Part shown: positions 9,076 through 20,134 of the stretch, in pieces | Layout: the number at the start of each line of letters is the position of its first letter | How positions within the stretch are numbered: the first letter of the stretch is position 1 | Origin: a virus | Reading direction: 5' to 3' (one strand) | IMG/VR virus record: IMGVR_UViG_3300045988_130366 | DNA: 64,000 nucleotides | The notes under the pieces: generated by a model | What the model saw: only the letters and a program-made list of their open reading frames with translations | Databases searched by the model: none | Told to the model about the DNA's origin: nothing | Made by a program: the position numbers and the translations under genes

Positions 9076-9477
9076 ATGACTAAAGAAGAACGTGATATAA
9101 CTATCAAAGAACATCGCTGGCAAAGAGAAAAAGAGGTTCTTGAAAAAAAATATAAATTAAAACAAGAAAAAAGAGAATTTAAAAAACAATTCCTTCCTAA
9201 AATATCTACTTCAAAACTCCTTATTCTTTTCTTGTTTATAAATTGCACAATTATAGAACTTTTCACAGGCTTTGTAACTTTAAAGAGTCTTGATTTAACA
9301 ACTCTTACCATGGCGAATCCAGACTTTACTCCATTAGTAGCATTAATAGGTGCGGTCGTGAGTGAGGTCGTAGGATATGCGGTCTATGCATTGAAGTCCG
9401 CAAAAGAGAATACCGCAGGTGGTATTACATATGAAACAGCAATGCGTCAAATTGACGAAGATAAAGCTAAAGGATAA
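9076..9477 (+). CDS. holin-like membrane protein (2 TM helices) downstream of lysin
   Basis: two hydrophobic helices, charged N-terminus, position immediately after lysin gene. Confidence 0.4.
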   Translation: MTKEERDITIKEHRWQREKEVLEKKYKLKQEKREFKKQFLPKISTSKLLILFLFINCTIIELFTGFVTLKSLDLTTLTMANPDFTPLVALIGAVVSEVVGYAVYALKSAKENTAGGITYETAMRQIDEDKAKG

Positions 9478-9487
9478 TTAATTTTTA

Positions 9488-9528
9488 ACCCTAAAAGAGA
9501 AGATTTTCTCTTTTAGGGTATTTTTTTT
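9488..9528 (+). terminator. rho-independent terminator
   Basis: ACCCTAAAAGAGAA…TTCTCTTTTAGGGT hairpin + T8. Confidence 0.8.
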
Positions 9529-9551
9529 GACCGTAACTAAAATTTTAAGAA

Positions 9552-9580
9552 TTGATTTTATTATTTTTTTATGCTATAAT
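9552..9580 (+). promoter_or_regulatory. sigma-A-like promoter (TTGATT -35, 17-nt spacer, TATAAT -10)
   Basis: TTGATT at 9552-9557 and TATAAT at 9575-9580 upstream of gyrB. Confidence 0.5.
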
Positions 9581-9630
9581 ATATGTATGATAAGAAAAAA
9601 TGATGATTTTAAAGTTGAAAGGAGATTTAT

Positions 9631-11139
9631 ATGTCTGAGAACTATGGTGTAAAAGACATAAAAACTTTGGAAGGTATCGAAGCCATCAGGCTTAGACCTG
9701 GTATGTATATAGGCTCAATCGGACCAGATGGAGTTAGACATATTACTCTTGAAATTATTTCTAACGTAATTGATGAGTATTTAAACGGATATTGTACAAA
9801 GTGTAATATTGAGGTAACAGAAGATGACATGGTAAAAGTTTCTGATGATGGACGTGGTGTTCCTTTTGGAAAGGCGGCAGATGGTTCAGAAACTCTTGAA
9901 AATATTTTTACAAAGCTTCATACAGGAGCTAAATTTGATAGTTCTGGTAAAACTGGATATAATACATCTGGTGGTATGAATGGTGTTGGTGCAAAAGCAA
10001 CGAATGCATTGTCTGATAAATTTATTGTCACTTCCAAAAGAGATGGTAAAATTGCAACAATGACATTTGAAAAAGGTGAAAGAAAAGATTTTAAAGTTGA
10101 AAAGTATGCAGGAAAAGATACTGGAACAACTATTACTTTTCATCCCGATATTGAGATTTTTAAAGAAGGAATCTCACTTGATTATGAAGAATTAAAAAGA
10201 CAGATTCAGGAATTAGCATATCTTTCTCCTGGATTAACTTTTACATTAAAATATAAAGACAAAGCTGAAGATGTAATTGTTTCTCAGAATGGTATTCTGG
10301 ATTATATTCAAGATTTGAATAAAAAGAAAAATACTATTACATCTGTTTTTTATGCCGAGGCTTCCGAAGATAGAATTGGCGTAAAATTAGCAATGCTGTA
10401 TAACGATAGTTATACTGATACTTATAAATTATATACAAACTCAATTCCAAATACAGCTGGAACTCATCTTACTGGATTTAGAACTGCATTAACTTCTGCA
10501 ATTAATAATTATGCAAGAGAGAATAAACTTCTTAAAGAGAAAGATTCTAATATTGTAGGAGATGAGTTAAAAGAAGGTCTTGTATTAGTTCTTTCTTTTG
10601 TGATGCCAGACCCAGTCTTTTCAGGTCAGACAAAAGAGAAACTTGATTCAAGTGAAGGACGTACAATGGTCCAAAAGCTGGTGTCAAAAGAGATTGCGAT
10701 TTGGCTTGAAAGCCATCCGAATGATGCAAAAGCAATTATTAATAAGGCTTTATTGGCACGTGCCGCAAGAGAAAAAGCTAAAAAAGCTAAAGAGACAGTT
10801 CGTAAGGCGGATGTGAAGAAAAGAGCAGTAATGCCCGGTACATTAGCAGATGCAAGTTCTCGAAATAGAGCTTCTTGTGAAGTGTTTATTGTAGAGGGAA
10901 AGTCTGCTGCCGGTTCAACAAAAGAAGCCAGAGATAGAGCTACCCAGGCTGTGTTCCCCGTACGAGGAAAGATTCTTAACGTATTGAAGGCAGACCTTGC
11001 GAAGGCGTTAAAGAACGCAGAAATTGATGGTATGATTACTGCTTTTGGACTTGAAATTAAGGACGGAAAAGTAATTGTAAATAAAGATAAATTGCGTTAT
11101 GGTAAAATTGTTATTACAGCCGATGCGGATGTAGATGGT
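9631..11139 (+). CDS. gyrB: DNA gyrase subunit B, exon 1 (ATPase, transducer and TOPRIM up to …ITADADVDG)
   Basis: GyrB N-terminus (LEGIEAIRLRPGMYIGS), GHKL ATPase motifs, TOPRIM EGKSA(A)GS…, ends at DADVDG codon GGT (exon ends in U). Confidence 0.85.
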
Positions 11140-12229
11140 CAAATGTGGGCCAGTGAAAAACTTTTCGCTTAATCATCAAAGCGGGTATAAAATTTTTTGG
11201 TTAGAGATATTATATGTGATATGTACATTCATCATATAATATTGAGAAGAAAAGATTTTATGCTAACGGGGAAGGGTTATTAACTTAATCCCGTGGGAAA
11301 CTTATATTAATCCTTTCTTCTTAATATAATAATTAAGGAGAAATAAAAGTGATAGGTATATATAAAATTACAAACCTTGTAAATGGTAAAACTTATATTG
11401 GACAAAGTAATAATATAGAAAGAAGATTTAAAGAACATCAACAAAAAGGAGAATTGAGTAGAATTCCAGTTGATATTGCAATTAAAAAATATGGAAAAGA
11501 TATGTTTTCTTATGATATAGTTGAAGAATGTAAGTTAGAAGAATTAAATGAAAAAGAAACATATTGGATAAAAAAATATCATACAAAAGAAGATGGATAT
11601 AATTGCAATGACGGTGGGAGTTTTCAATCTTCTGGAGAAAATAATGGTAGAAGTAAATTAACCGAAAAAGATGTTATTTTAATTAGAAAAGCTTATAACA
11701 ATCATAAGAAACAATCTGAAATATATGAATTATTTTCTGATAAAATTTCTTTTGGACATTTCCAAAATGTTTGGCAAGGAAAGGTTTGGAGTAATGTAAT
11801 GCCAGAAGTTTTTACAGAAGAAAATAAAAATTATTATATCTATAAAAATAGTCAAGGACAAAATGGAAAAAATTCTAATCTTACAGATGAAGAAGTTATA
11901 AAAATAAGAAAAAGATATGTTAAAGAATCTGCAAGAGAGATTTATGAAGACTATAAGGATATAATGTCTTATCAAACTTTACAGCAATTATTATGGGGAA
12001 GACATTATTCTCATTTACCAATTTACAAGAAAAAAGAGAAAAAATGGATTAATATTTGAACCTGTATCGACTATCCCCCAGGCCTTTTGGGCGGGGGAGT
12101 AGGGCTGCTATTGATACGCAGCCAGGTTTTAGGAAACGAAGCCTGTTAAAAGCCGAAATGGTTTCCTTGATAAAATAAAATTTATCAAGTAAAAGATAGT
12201 CAGTGCCAATAGTAATATTGGAATAAATG
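11140..12229 (+). mobile_element. group I intron (gyrB intron 1) carrying GIY-YIG homing endonuclease ORF
   Basis: Interrupts DVDG|SHIR of GyrB; 3' core GTATCGACTATCC…CTATTGATACG…AGATAGTCAGTGCCAAT…AAATG ending in omega-G immediately before exon 2. Confidence 0.8.
11349..12059 (+). CDS. GIY-YIG homing endonuclease (intron-encoded, I-TevI-like)
   Basis: GIYKITNLVNGKTYIGQS…ERRFKEH motif; GTG start with AGGAG RBS; two NUMOD-like repeats. Confidence 0.85.
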   Translation: MIGIYKITNLVNGKTYIGQSNNIERRFKEHQQKGELSRIPVDIAIKKYGKDMFSYDIVEECKLEELNEKETYWIKKYHTKEDGYNCNDGGSFQSSGENNGRSKLTEKDVILIRKAYNNHKKQSEIYELFSDKISFGHFQNVWQGKVWSNVMPEVFTEENKNYYIYKNSQGQNGKNSNLTDEEVIKIRKRYVKESAREIYEDYKDIMSYQTLQQLLWGRHYSHLPIYKKKEKKWINI

Positions 12230-12407
12230 TCACATATTAGAGCGTTATTTTTAACCTTTATTTGGAAATTTGCTCCGCAATTAATTGAAGATGGATATAT
12301 TTATGCGGCAGTTCCTCCACTTTATAAAGTTACACAGGGAACTAAAATTACTTATCTAAAAGATGATGCGGCTCTTGAGGAATTTAGAAAGACAGCTAAA
12401 AAGTCTT
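12230..12407 (+). CDS. gyrB: DNA gyrase subunit B, exon 2 (SHIRALFLTF…GYIYAAVPPLYKV…TAKKS)
   Basis: Canonical GyrB PPLYK region; ORF 12227-12433 of the six-frame track = this exon plus read-through into intron 2. Confidence 0.75.
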
Positions 12408-13464
12408 TTGAGCTGGGTCGTATGAAAGGGTAAGAGATAGTCTGGCCCTTATCCACTTTTCCTCTAATCAGAGGGGTTATTATCTTAGATAATAGCTAAC
12501 GAGGCAGTCTTCAAAATATTTTGGGTATTTCAGGAAATCCTGAAATGGATAAAACTTAAATATTCTTGGAGATAATCTCGTGGGAAAAAACTATAAGAGA
12601 TTATCTTACATTTTATTATGTGAGGTATTCAATATGATAGGAATTTATAAGATAACAAACAAAATTAATGGAGATGCTTATATTGGACAAAGCACTCAAA
12701 TAGAAGAAAGATTTATAGAACATAAAAATCCTACAAATTGGGCAAGAGAATCTAATAAAAGTCTTTATAAAGCATTTATTCAATTTGGATTACAAAATTT
12801 TGATTTTTCCGTTTTAGAAGAATGCAAAAAAGAAGAATTAAATGATAAAGAACAATATTGGATTGGATATTATAGTACATATCCTAATCAATATAATATG
12901 ACTCCAGGAGGACAATTTAATGCAGGTGAATGTCATCCAAGTCATAAATTAACTGAAAAGGATGTGATTGATATTAGAACGAGATATAAAAATCACGAAA
13001 GAAAAAAAGACGTTTATTTATTATATGCTCATTTAATTGGGGAATCTGGCTTTCATAAAATTTGGAATGGTTCAACATGGAAAACAATAATGCCAGAAGT
13101 TTATACAAAAGAAAATAAAGATTTTCATGCTCATAATACTTCAAATGTAGGTTCTAAAAATGGAAGGTCTAAATTAACAGAAGAAGATGTTAAAAATATT
13201 CGCTTAAGAAAGAAAAATGGAGAGCAGTTATCTTCCGTTTATAATGATTATTCTGACAAATTAACTTATAAATCTTTTGAAAATGTTTGGTCTTATAGAA
13301 ACTGGAAAAAAATTATAGTTTAAGCCTGTATCGACTATTCCCTTTGTCGGGAAGTAGAAATACTATTGATACGTATTTCAAAAAGGTGGACATGATGAAG
13401 GCAGTTAATACGTTAGCCGGAGTGAAGAAATAGTCAGTACCAATGGTGACATTGGAGTAATACG
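12408..13464 (+). mobile_element. group I intron (gyrB intron 2) carrying GIY-YIG homing endonuclease ORF
   Basis: Splits …KKS|LGEMDP… (GyrB YKGLGEM motif restored on splicing); 3' core GCCTGTATCGACTATTCC…CTATTGATACG…AATAGTCAGTACCAATGG…AATACG omega-G. Confidence 0.7.
12580..13323 (+). CDS. GIY-YIG homing endonuclease (intron-encoded)
   Basis: GIYKITNKINGDAYIGQS…ERFIEHK motif. Confidence 0.85.
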   Translation: MGKNYKRLSYILLCEVFNMIGIYKITNKINGDAYIGQSTQIEERFIEHKNPTNWARESNKSLYKAFIQFGLQNFDFSVLEECKKEELNDKEQYWIGYYSTYPNQYNMTPGGQFNAGECHPSHKLTEKDVIDIRTRYKNHERKKDVYLLYAHLIGESGFHKIWNGSTWKTIMPEVYTKENKDFHAHNTSNVGSKNGRSKLTEEDVKNIRLRKKNGEQLSSVYNDYSDKLTYKSFENVWSYRNWKKIIV

Positions 13465-13652
13465 TAGGCGAGATGGACCCGTCCGAAATGGCTGAAACAG
13501 TTATGAATCCAGAAACCAGAACTCTTAAACAAATATGTATGGAAGATGCAGAAGAAGCTGCTAAAACTTTCATGGGATTGATGGGTGAGTCGGTTGTTTA
13601 TAGAAAGAAATTTATCGAAGAGAATGCATGGAGAGCAAATATTGACGTATAA
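13465..13652 (+). CDS. gyrB: DNA gyrase subunit B, exon 3 (C-terminal LGEMDPSEMAETVMNPETRTL…FIEENAWRANIDV*)
   Basis: Unmistakable GyrB C-terminus; total spliced length 1875 nt = 624 aa. Confidence 0.75.
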
Positions 13653-13748
13653 TGATGCAATGTATCTGGCCGTTGGAGTTGAAGACGGCTGGATACATGT
13701 AACTCCAAAAGTGTGGAAGGAATATTTAAAAGCTAAAGAGGTTATTAA

Positions 13749-14108
13749 ATGGAAGCAAAAATATTTGAATTTGTACCAGAAGAGTCAGAACACTTTGAAT
13801 CCCAATTTTTAAAATGGTATGATGCGGGTAAACCTAAAAATAATTTTAATGAGGCTTATGATTATAGTGCAATAACTCAATTCCTTATATGGGAATATGG
13901 ATTATCAGATGAATCATATGATGAACCTCGTAGATGGAATCAAATTGTAGAAGGAATTGTTTGTATTAATGGACGCTATTTTTCTGTTTGTTACGACAGA
14001 GGTTTAACAGAAATGCAAGAAGATTATTATGACTTTGATGATGATATTACTGAAGTTGAAAAACGCACAGTTTTAAAAGAGGTAACAGAATGGAAGAAAA
14101 AAAGATAA
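13749..14108 (+). CDS. hypothetical protein
   Basis: ORF with RBS AAAGAGG. Confidence 0.45.
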   Translation: MEAKIFEFVPEESEHFESQFLKWYDAGKPKNNFNEAYDYSAITQFLIWEYGLSDESYDEPRRWNQIVEGIVCINGRYFSVCYDRGLTEMQEDYYDFDDDITEVEKRTVLKEVTEWKKKR

Positions 14109-14329
14109 TTGAATTAGCTGGAGATTTTTCTCAGAAGCCAGATATGGCCGCAATTACTAAAATAACTCCTATAAAAGATGGGGACAAAGTAATCTTACAT
14201 TTTGATGCAATGAAATATGATTTAGATATAGATACTGTTGTTGAACAATTTAAACTATGGCAGCAATGTTTTCCACATAATGATGTAATTGGAGATTTGT
14301 GTAATACAGACATTGAAGTAAAGGAGTAA
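14090..14329 (+). CDS. hypothetical protein
   Basis: ORF with RBS AAGAGG. Confidence 0.4.
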   Translation: MEEKKIIELAGDFSQKPDMAAITKITPIKDGDKVILHFDAMKYDLDIDTVVEQFKLWQQCFPHNDVIGDLCNTDIEVKE

Positions 14330-14331
14330 AT

Positions 14332-14778
14332 ATGATATTTTATACAGACGGTTCTGCGAGTCCAAATCCAGGCCCAGGTGGCTTTGGAGTTGTTCAAGTC
14401 GATACAGAAGGTAATATTTTAAGTACATATTCCAGTAGACAGGATAATACGACTAACAATGAACAGGAAATGAAAGCTATTCTTTATGCGGCCTGTCAAG
14501 GAGTATTAGCTAAAGAAGATGTATTAATTTACTCTGATTCTGCATATGCAATTAATACTTTTTCAAACTGGATGTATAGTTGGGAAAGAAATGGATGGAT
14601 TAAAGGAGATGGAAAAGTGCCTGAAAATTTAGAAGTTGTGCAGGCTTTTTTTGAAGTATCTAAAATGATTGAAGTTACTTTTGTAAAAGTAAAAGGACAT
14701 TCTAAAAATCCATTCAATGAGCTGGCAGATAATCTGGCAACTGGCAAGGTTAAACCTGGTAACTATTTGACAATTTAA
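14332..14778 (+). CDS. rnhA: ribonuclease HI
   Basis: FYTDGSASPNPGPGGFGVV… RNase H catalytic motif, DSxY, C-terminal H…ELAD. Confidence 0.85.
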   Translation: MIFYTDGSASPNPGPGGFGVVQVDTEGNILSTYSSRQDNTTNNEQEMKAILYAACQGVLAKEDVLIYSDSAYAINTFSNWMYSWERNGWIKGDGKVPENLEVVQAFFEVSKMIEVTFVKVKGHSKNPFNELADNLATGKVKPGNYLTI

Positions 14779-14802
14779 TTTTTTTATGGTAATATATTAT
14801 AT

Positions 14803-15081
14803 ATGGATAAGAATAAAGAACAGTTAAAAAAACAATTACTACAATTTGTTAAATCAGTTGAAGAACCTATAACAAAAGAAGAATATGATAAATATATGAA
14901 AAAATATCATAAACAAAATCCTCTTTTAAATACTGGTTCTGGTTATTTATATGTTCCATCAGAAGATGTTGTTGTTAGTGCTGATTCAATTTATAATTTT
15001 ATAGAAAAAGTTATAGATGAAAGTTTGATGGATGTAAAAATGCAATATTATAAAGAATTATTTGATAAGGGAGAGTCTTAA
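14803..15081 (+). CDS. hypothetical protein
   Basis: ORF preceded by TATGGTAATAT -10-like element. Confidence 0.4.
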   Translation: MDKNKEQLKKQLLQFVKSVEEPITKEEYDKYMKKYHKQNPLLNTGSGYLYVPSEDVVVSADSIYNFIEKVIDESLMDVKMQYYKELFDKGES

Positions 15082-17459
15082 TGAGTGAGAATATTATTCA
15101 AGTAAATATTAAAGATGAAATTGAACAGAGTTTACTTGATTATGGAATGAGTATCATTTCAGATCGAGCTTTACCTTCAGCAGAAGATGGATTAAAACCT
15201 GTTAATAGACGTATCTTATATGATATGTTTGATAAAGGTTTTATGAATAATAAGAAATTTGTAAAGTGCGCTCAGCCGGTCGGAGATACAATGGGTAGAT
15301 TTCATCCGCATGGTGATAGTTCTATTTATGGTGCATTAGTATGGATGTCACAGGAATGGAATATGAGATATCCACTCATTTCTTGGCATGGGAATAACGG
15401 AAGTCGAGATGGTGATGAACCGGCTGCATACAGATATACAGAATGTAAGCTTTCTAAACTCGGAGAAGAGATGCTTGCTGATATTAAAAAGAATACAGTA
15501 GATTGGATGAATGCTTATACAGATGAAGAGCAAGAACCAGTTTATTTACCTGGCCGCATTCCAAATCTTATCGTGAATGGTACTTCTGGAATTGCGTGGG
15601 CGATGGCTTGTTCATTTGCACCACATAATTTATCAGAAGTTATGGATGCAGCTATTCATCTTTTGGAAAATCCAGAATGCGACATTAGAGAGCTTTTAAA
15701 CTATATTAAAGGTCCAGATTTTCCAACAGGTGGATTACTTATTAATAAAGATGAACTTGAAACAGCTTATCTTACAGGAAAAGGTCGTGCAAGATTAAGA
15801 GGTGAATATACAATCGAATCTTCCAAAAGTGGAGATAGCATTGTTTTTACTTCAATGCCTTATAAGGTTTCAAAGGAGGATTTAATTGTTGAAATTGACA
15901 ACCTTTGCGAACAAGGTGAGATTAATGGCATTACAACGATTCGCGATGAATCAAACCAAAAAGGTGTCAGGTTTGTCATTGAATTGGGAAAAGGAGTGTC
16001 AACAGCTCCAATTATTGCAAAACTTTTTAAGTCCACAAGACTTGAAAGTACGTATTCATTCAACCAAGTTGCACTGGTTGACAAAAAGCCAAGACTTCTT
16101 AATATCAAACAATTATTAGAGAATTATATTGAACATCAAAAAGATGTCCTTTTAAGAAAAACTAAATTTGATATTGAAAAAGTTCAAGCTAAAATTCATA
16201 TTCTTGAAGGATTGCTTATTGCTTTAGAGGATATTGATAATATCATTTCACTCATTAAAAAGTCTTCAAGTGCGGCTGAAGCTAAAGTTGTTCTTATGAA
16301 TAAATATAATCTTAGTGAGGCACAGTCTAAAGCAATCTTAGATATGAAATTATCTCGTTTAGCAAAATTAGAGTCTGTTGAAATAAGGAATGAAAAAGAT
16401 TCTTTATTAATTAAAGAAGGTGAATTAAATCAGATTCTTTTAAATCCAGTTCCAGAAATGAAAAAGAACTTTACAGAGATTAAAACCTCATATGGAGATG
16501 CTCGTAGAACTACAATCACACAGGTAAATATCACAAAAGAAGAAAAAGAGATTGAATATGTAGAACCAGAAAAATGTGTTGTTGTAATGACAGAAGATGG
16601 TTTAATTAAACGTATTCCTTCTACAAGTTTCAGAACTCAGAGAAGGAATGGAAAAGGTGTTAAAACACAGGGTGATGTTGTTAAAACTACTATCCGTACA
16701 AATACTATTGATTCTCTGATGGTATTTACAACAAAAGGAAAAATGTATCGTATCCTTGTAAATGATATTCCAGTAGGTACAAATGTATCTAAAGGTCAGT
16801 CAATTAAATCTTTAATTGCGATGGATATTGATGAAGAACCTAATTTAATTTATTCTATTTATAGAGATACTGATGCGAAGTATTTATTATTTGTAACAAA
16901 GAATGGAATTACAAAGAAAACCTCCTTAGAGGAATATACAAATACAAAGAAAAAGACTGGAATTATTGCTATTAATCTTAAAGAGGATGATACATTAGTA
17001 TCTGTAAATCTTGTTAAAGATGAAGATTTAGTCCTTTTAACCTCTAATGGTATGGGAATTAAGATTAATTCTGGAGAGATTTCAGCTTCTGGTAGAGCAA
17101 CAGCAGGTGTTAAAGGAATCACTTTAAAGAAAGATGATTTTGTGGTTGCAGCATTACCAGTTCGTAATAAGACAGATTACATTGCAATCTTTTCATCTAA
17201 AGGTCTTGGAAAGAAGATTGAAATGGATGAATTAGTTCTTCAGAAACGTGCGGGAAAAGGCTTGATTATTTATAAACCAACAGAAGAAACAGGAACAGTT
17301 ATTTCTGGTGCTCTGGTTGCGGATGAGGATAATATTCTTGTTGTTGGCAAATTAAGTTCAATTTGTATTTCCGCAAAAGATATTCCTCTTGCAAGTAGAA
17401 TTGCAACAGGTAATCAGTTAATTAAAAACGGTGAAATTACTTCTGTGACAAAAATTTAA
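15081..17459 (+). CDS. gyrA: DNA gyrase subunit A (type IIA topoisomerase A subunit)
   Basis: GLKPVNRRILYDM, HPHGDSSIYGALVWMSQEW, active-site tyrosine region AAYRYTE; C-terminal beta-pinwheel repeats. Confidence 0.9.
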   Translation: MSENIIQVNIKDEIEQSLLDYGMSIISDRALPSAEDGLKPVNRRILYDMFDKGFMNNKKFVKCAQPVGDTMGRFHPHGDSSIYGALVWMSQEWNMRYPLISWHGNNGSRDGDEPAAYRYTECKLSKLGEEMLADIKKNTVDWMNAYTDEEQEPVYLPGRIPNLIVNGTSGIAWAMACSFAPHNLSEVMDAAIHLLENPECDIRELLNYIKGPDFPTGGLLINKDELETAYLTGKGRARLRGEYTIESSKSGDSIVFTSMPYKVSKEDLIVEIDNLCEQGEINGITTIRDESNQKGVRFVIELGKGVSTAPIIAKLFKSTRLESTYSFNQVALVDKKPRLLNIKQLLENYIEHQKDVLLRKTKFDIEKVQAKIHILEGLLIALEDIDNIISLIKKSSSAAEAKVVLMNKYNLSEAQSKAILDMKLSRLAKLESVEIRNEKDSLLIKEGELNQILLNPVPEMKKNFTEIKTSYGDARRTTITQVNITKEEKEIEYVEPEKCVVVMTEDGLIKRIPSTSFRTQRRNGKGVKTQGDVVKTTIRTNTIDSLMVFTTKGKMYRILVNDIPVGTNVSKGQSIKSLIAMDIDEEPNLIYSIYRDTDAKYLLFVTKNGITKKTSLEEYTNTKKKTGIIAINLKEDDTLVSVNLVKDEDLVLLTSNGMGIKINSGEISASGRATAGVKGITLKKDDFVVAALPVRNKTDYIAIFSSKGLGKKIEMDELVLQKRAGKGLIIYKPTEETGTVISGALVADEDNILVVGKLSSICISAKDIPLASRIATGNQLIKNGEITSVTKI

Positions 17460-17460
17460 G

Positions 17461-17488
17461 TGGGATTTATTTCCCACTTATCTTTTCC
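17461..17488 (+). terminator. rho-independent terminator
   Basis: GTGGGA-TTTATT-TCCCAC hairpin + T-rich tail. Confidence 0.6.
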
Positions 17489-17505
17489 AAAAGGAGAATA
17501 TATAA

Positions 17506-19446
<1,941 letters not shown>

Positions 19447-19470
19447 TTTAAAAAAAATGTTATAATTAAA
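19447..19470 (+). promoter_or_regulatory. conserved promoter motif AAAAAAATGTTATAAT (extended -10)
   Basis: Identical 16-mer recurs at 22668-22690. Confidence 0.5.
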
Positions 19471-19499
19471 TTGTAATAAAGATAAGGATAGAAAAAAAT

Positions 19500-19694
19500 A
19501 TGAATAAGAAAGAAATCAAGAATTTAGCTAAACAAATCGCAAAAGCTGAATCAACTATTCAGAATTCCACTGATCAAAAGGAAAGAAAATATGCGATGGA
19601 TACAATAATTGCTTTATCCAGTAAGCTCTCCTCATTAGAGGAAATAGAACGTGTCGATGAGATGGTTCAAAAAATTTTAAAAAATAATTCTTGA
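19500..19694 (+). CDS. hypothetical small protein
   Basis: ORF after promoter motif. Confidence 0.4.
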   Translation: MNKKEIKNLAKQIAKAESTIQNSTDQKERKYAMDTIIALSSKLSSLEEIERVDEMVQKILKNNS

Positions 19695-19792
19695 CTTAAA
19701 AATATTTTTTTGATATAATAATTACATAAGCTAAGAGAGCTTAGAAAATTACACAAACAATAAAATTATTTAATTAAAGGAGATTTGTTATT

Positions 19793-20068
19793 ATGGCAAA
19801 AATGAAAGAAAATTCACGTAAAGTATTTGAGTATTTAAAGACTATCGGAGATGCAAAGGTTACAGCAGCAGATGTAGCAGAAGCACTCGGAATTGAGAAG
19901 AAACGTGTAGATGGAATCTTTACTTCCGCTATTCAGAGAAAAGGTCTTGGAGTTCGTACTCCTGCAGAAGTTGAGCTTGAGGACGGAAGTCATAAGGCAG
20001 TTAAGTTCTTGTCTCTTACACCAGCTGGCATGAGCTTCGACCCAGACGCTGAAGATGAAGCTGAGTAA
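19793..20068 (+). CDS. hypothetical protein with acidic C-terminal tail (DPDAEDEAE)
   Basis: ORF with RBS AAAGGAG. Confidence 0.45.
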   Translation: MAKMKENSRKVFEYLKTIGDAKVTAADVAEALGIEKKRVDGIFTSAIQRKGLGVRTPAEVELEDGSHKAVKFLSLTPAGMSFDPDAEDEAE

Positions 20069-20095
20069 TTAAATTATTTTTGTAATATAAATTAA

Positions 20096-20126
20096 AAGAG
20101 ATAAGGTAACACTTATCTCTTTTTTT
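20096..20126 (+). terminator. rho-independent terminator
   Basis: AGAGATAAG-GTAACAC-CTTATCTCT hairpin + T7. Confidence 0.8.
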
Positions 20127-20134
20127 AACAAAAT

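Noticed and set aside
9631-11172. Intein in GyrB as explanation for interruption
   Set aside because: No intein Cys/Ser…HN motifs; the interrupting ORFs are GIY-YIG in a different arrangement with RNA intron cores, so group I introns explain it.
12227-12433. Six-frame ORF called as independent 68-aa gene
   Set aside because: It is gyrB exon 2 (SHIRALFLTF…PPLYKV…) plus read-through into intron 2; the ATG is the last three nucleotides of intron 1.
13585-13812. 75-aa ORF overlapping the gyrB 3' end
   Set aside because: It starts inside gyrB exon 3 in another frame and overlaps the well-supported 13749 gene; most likely spurious.
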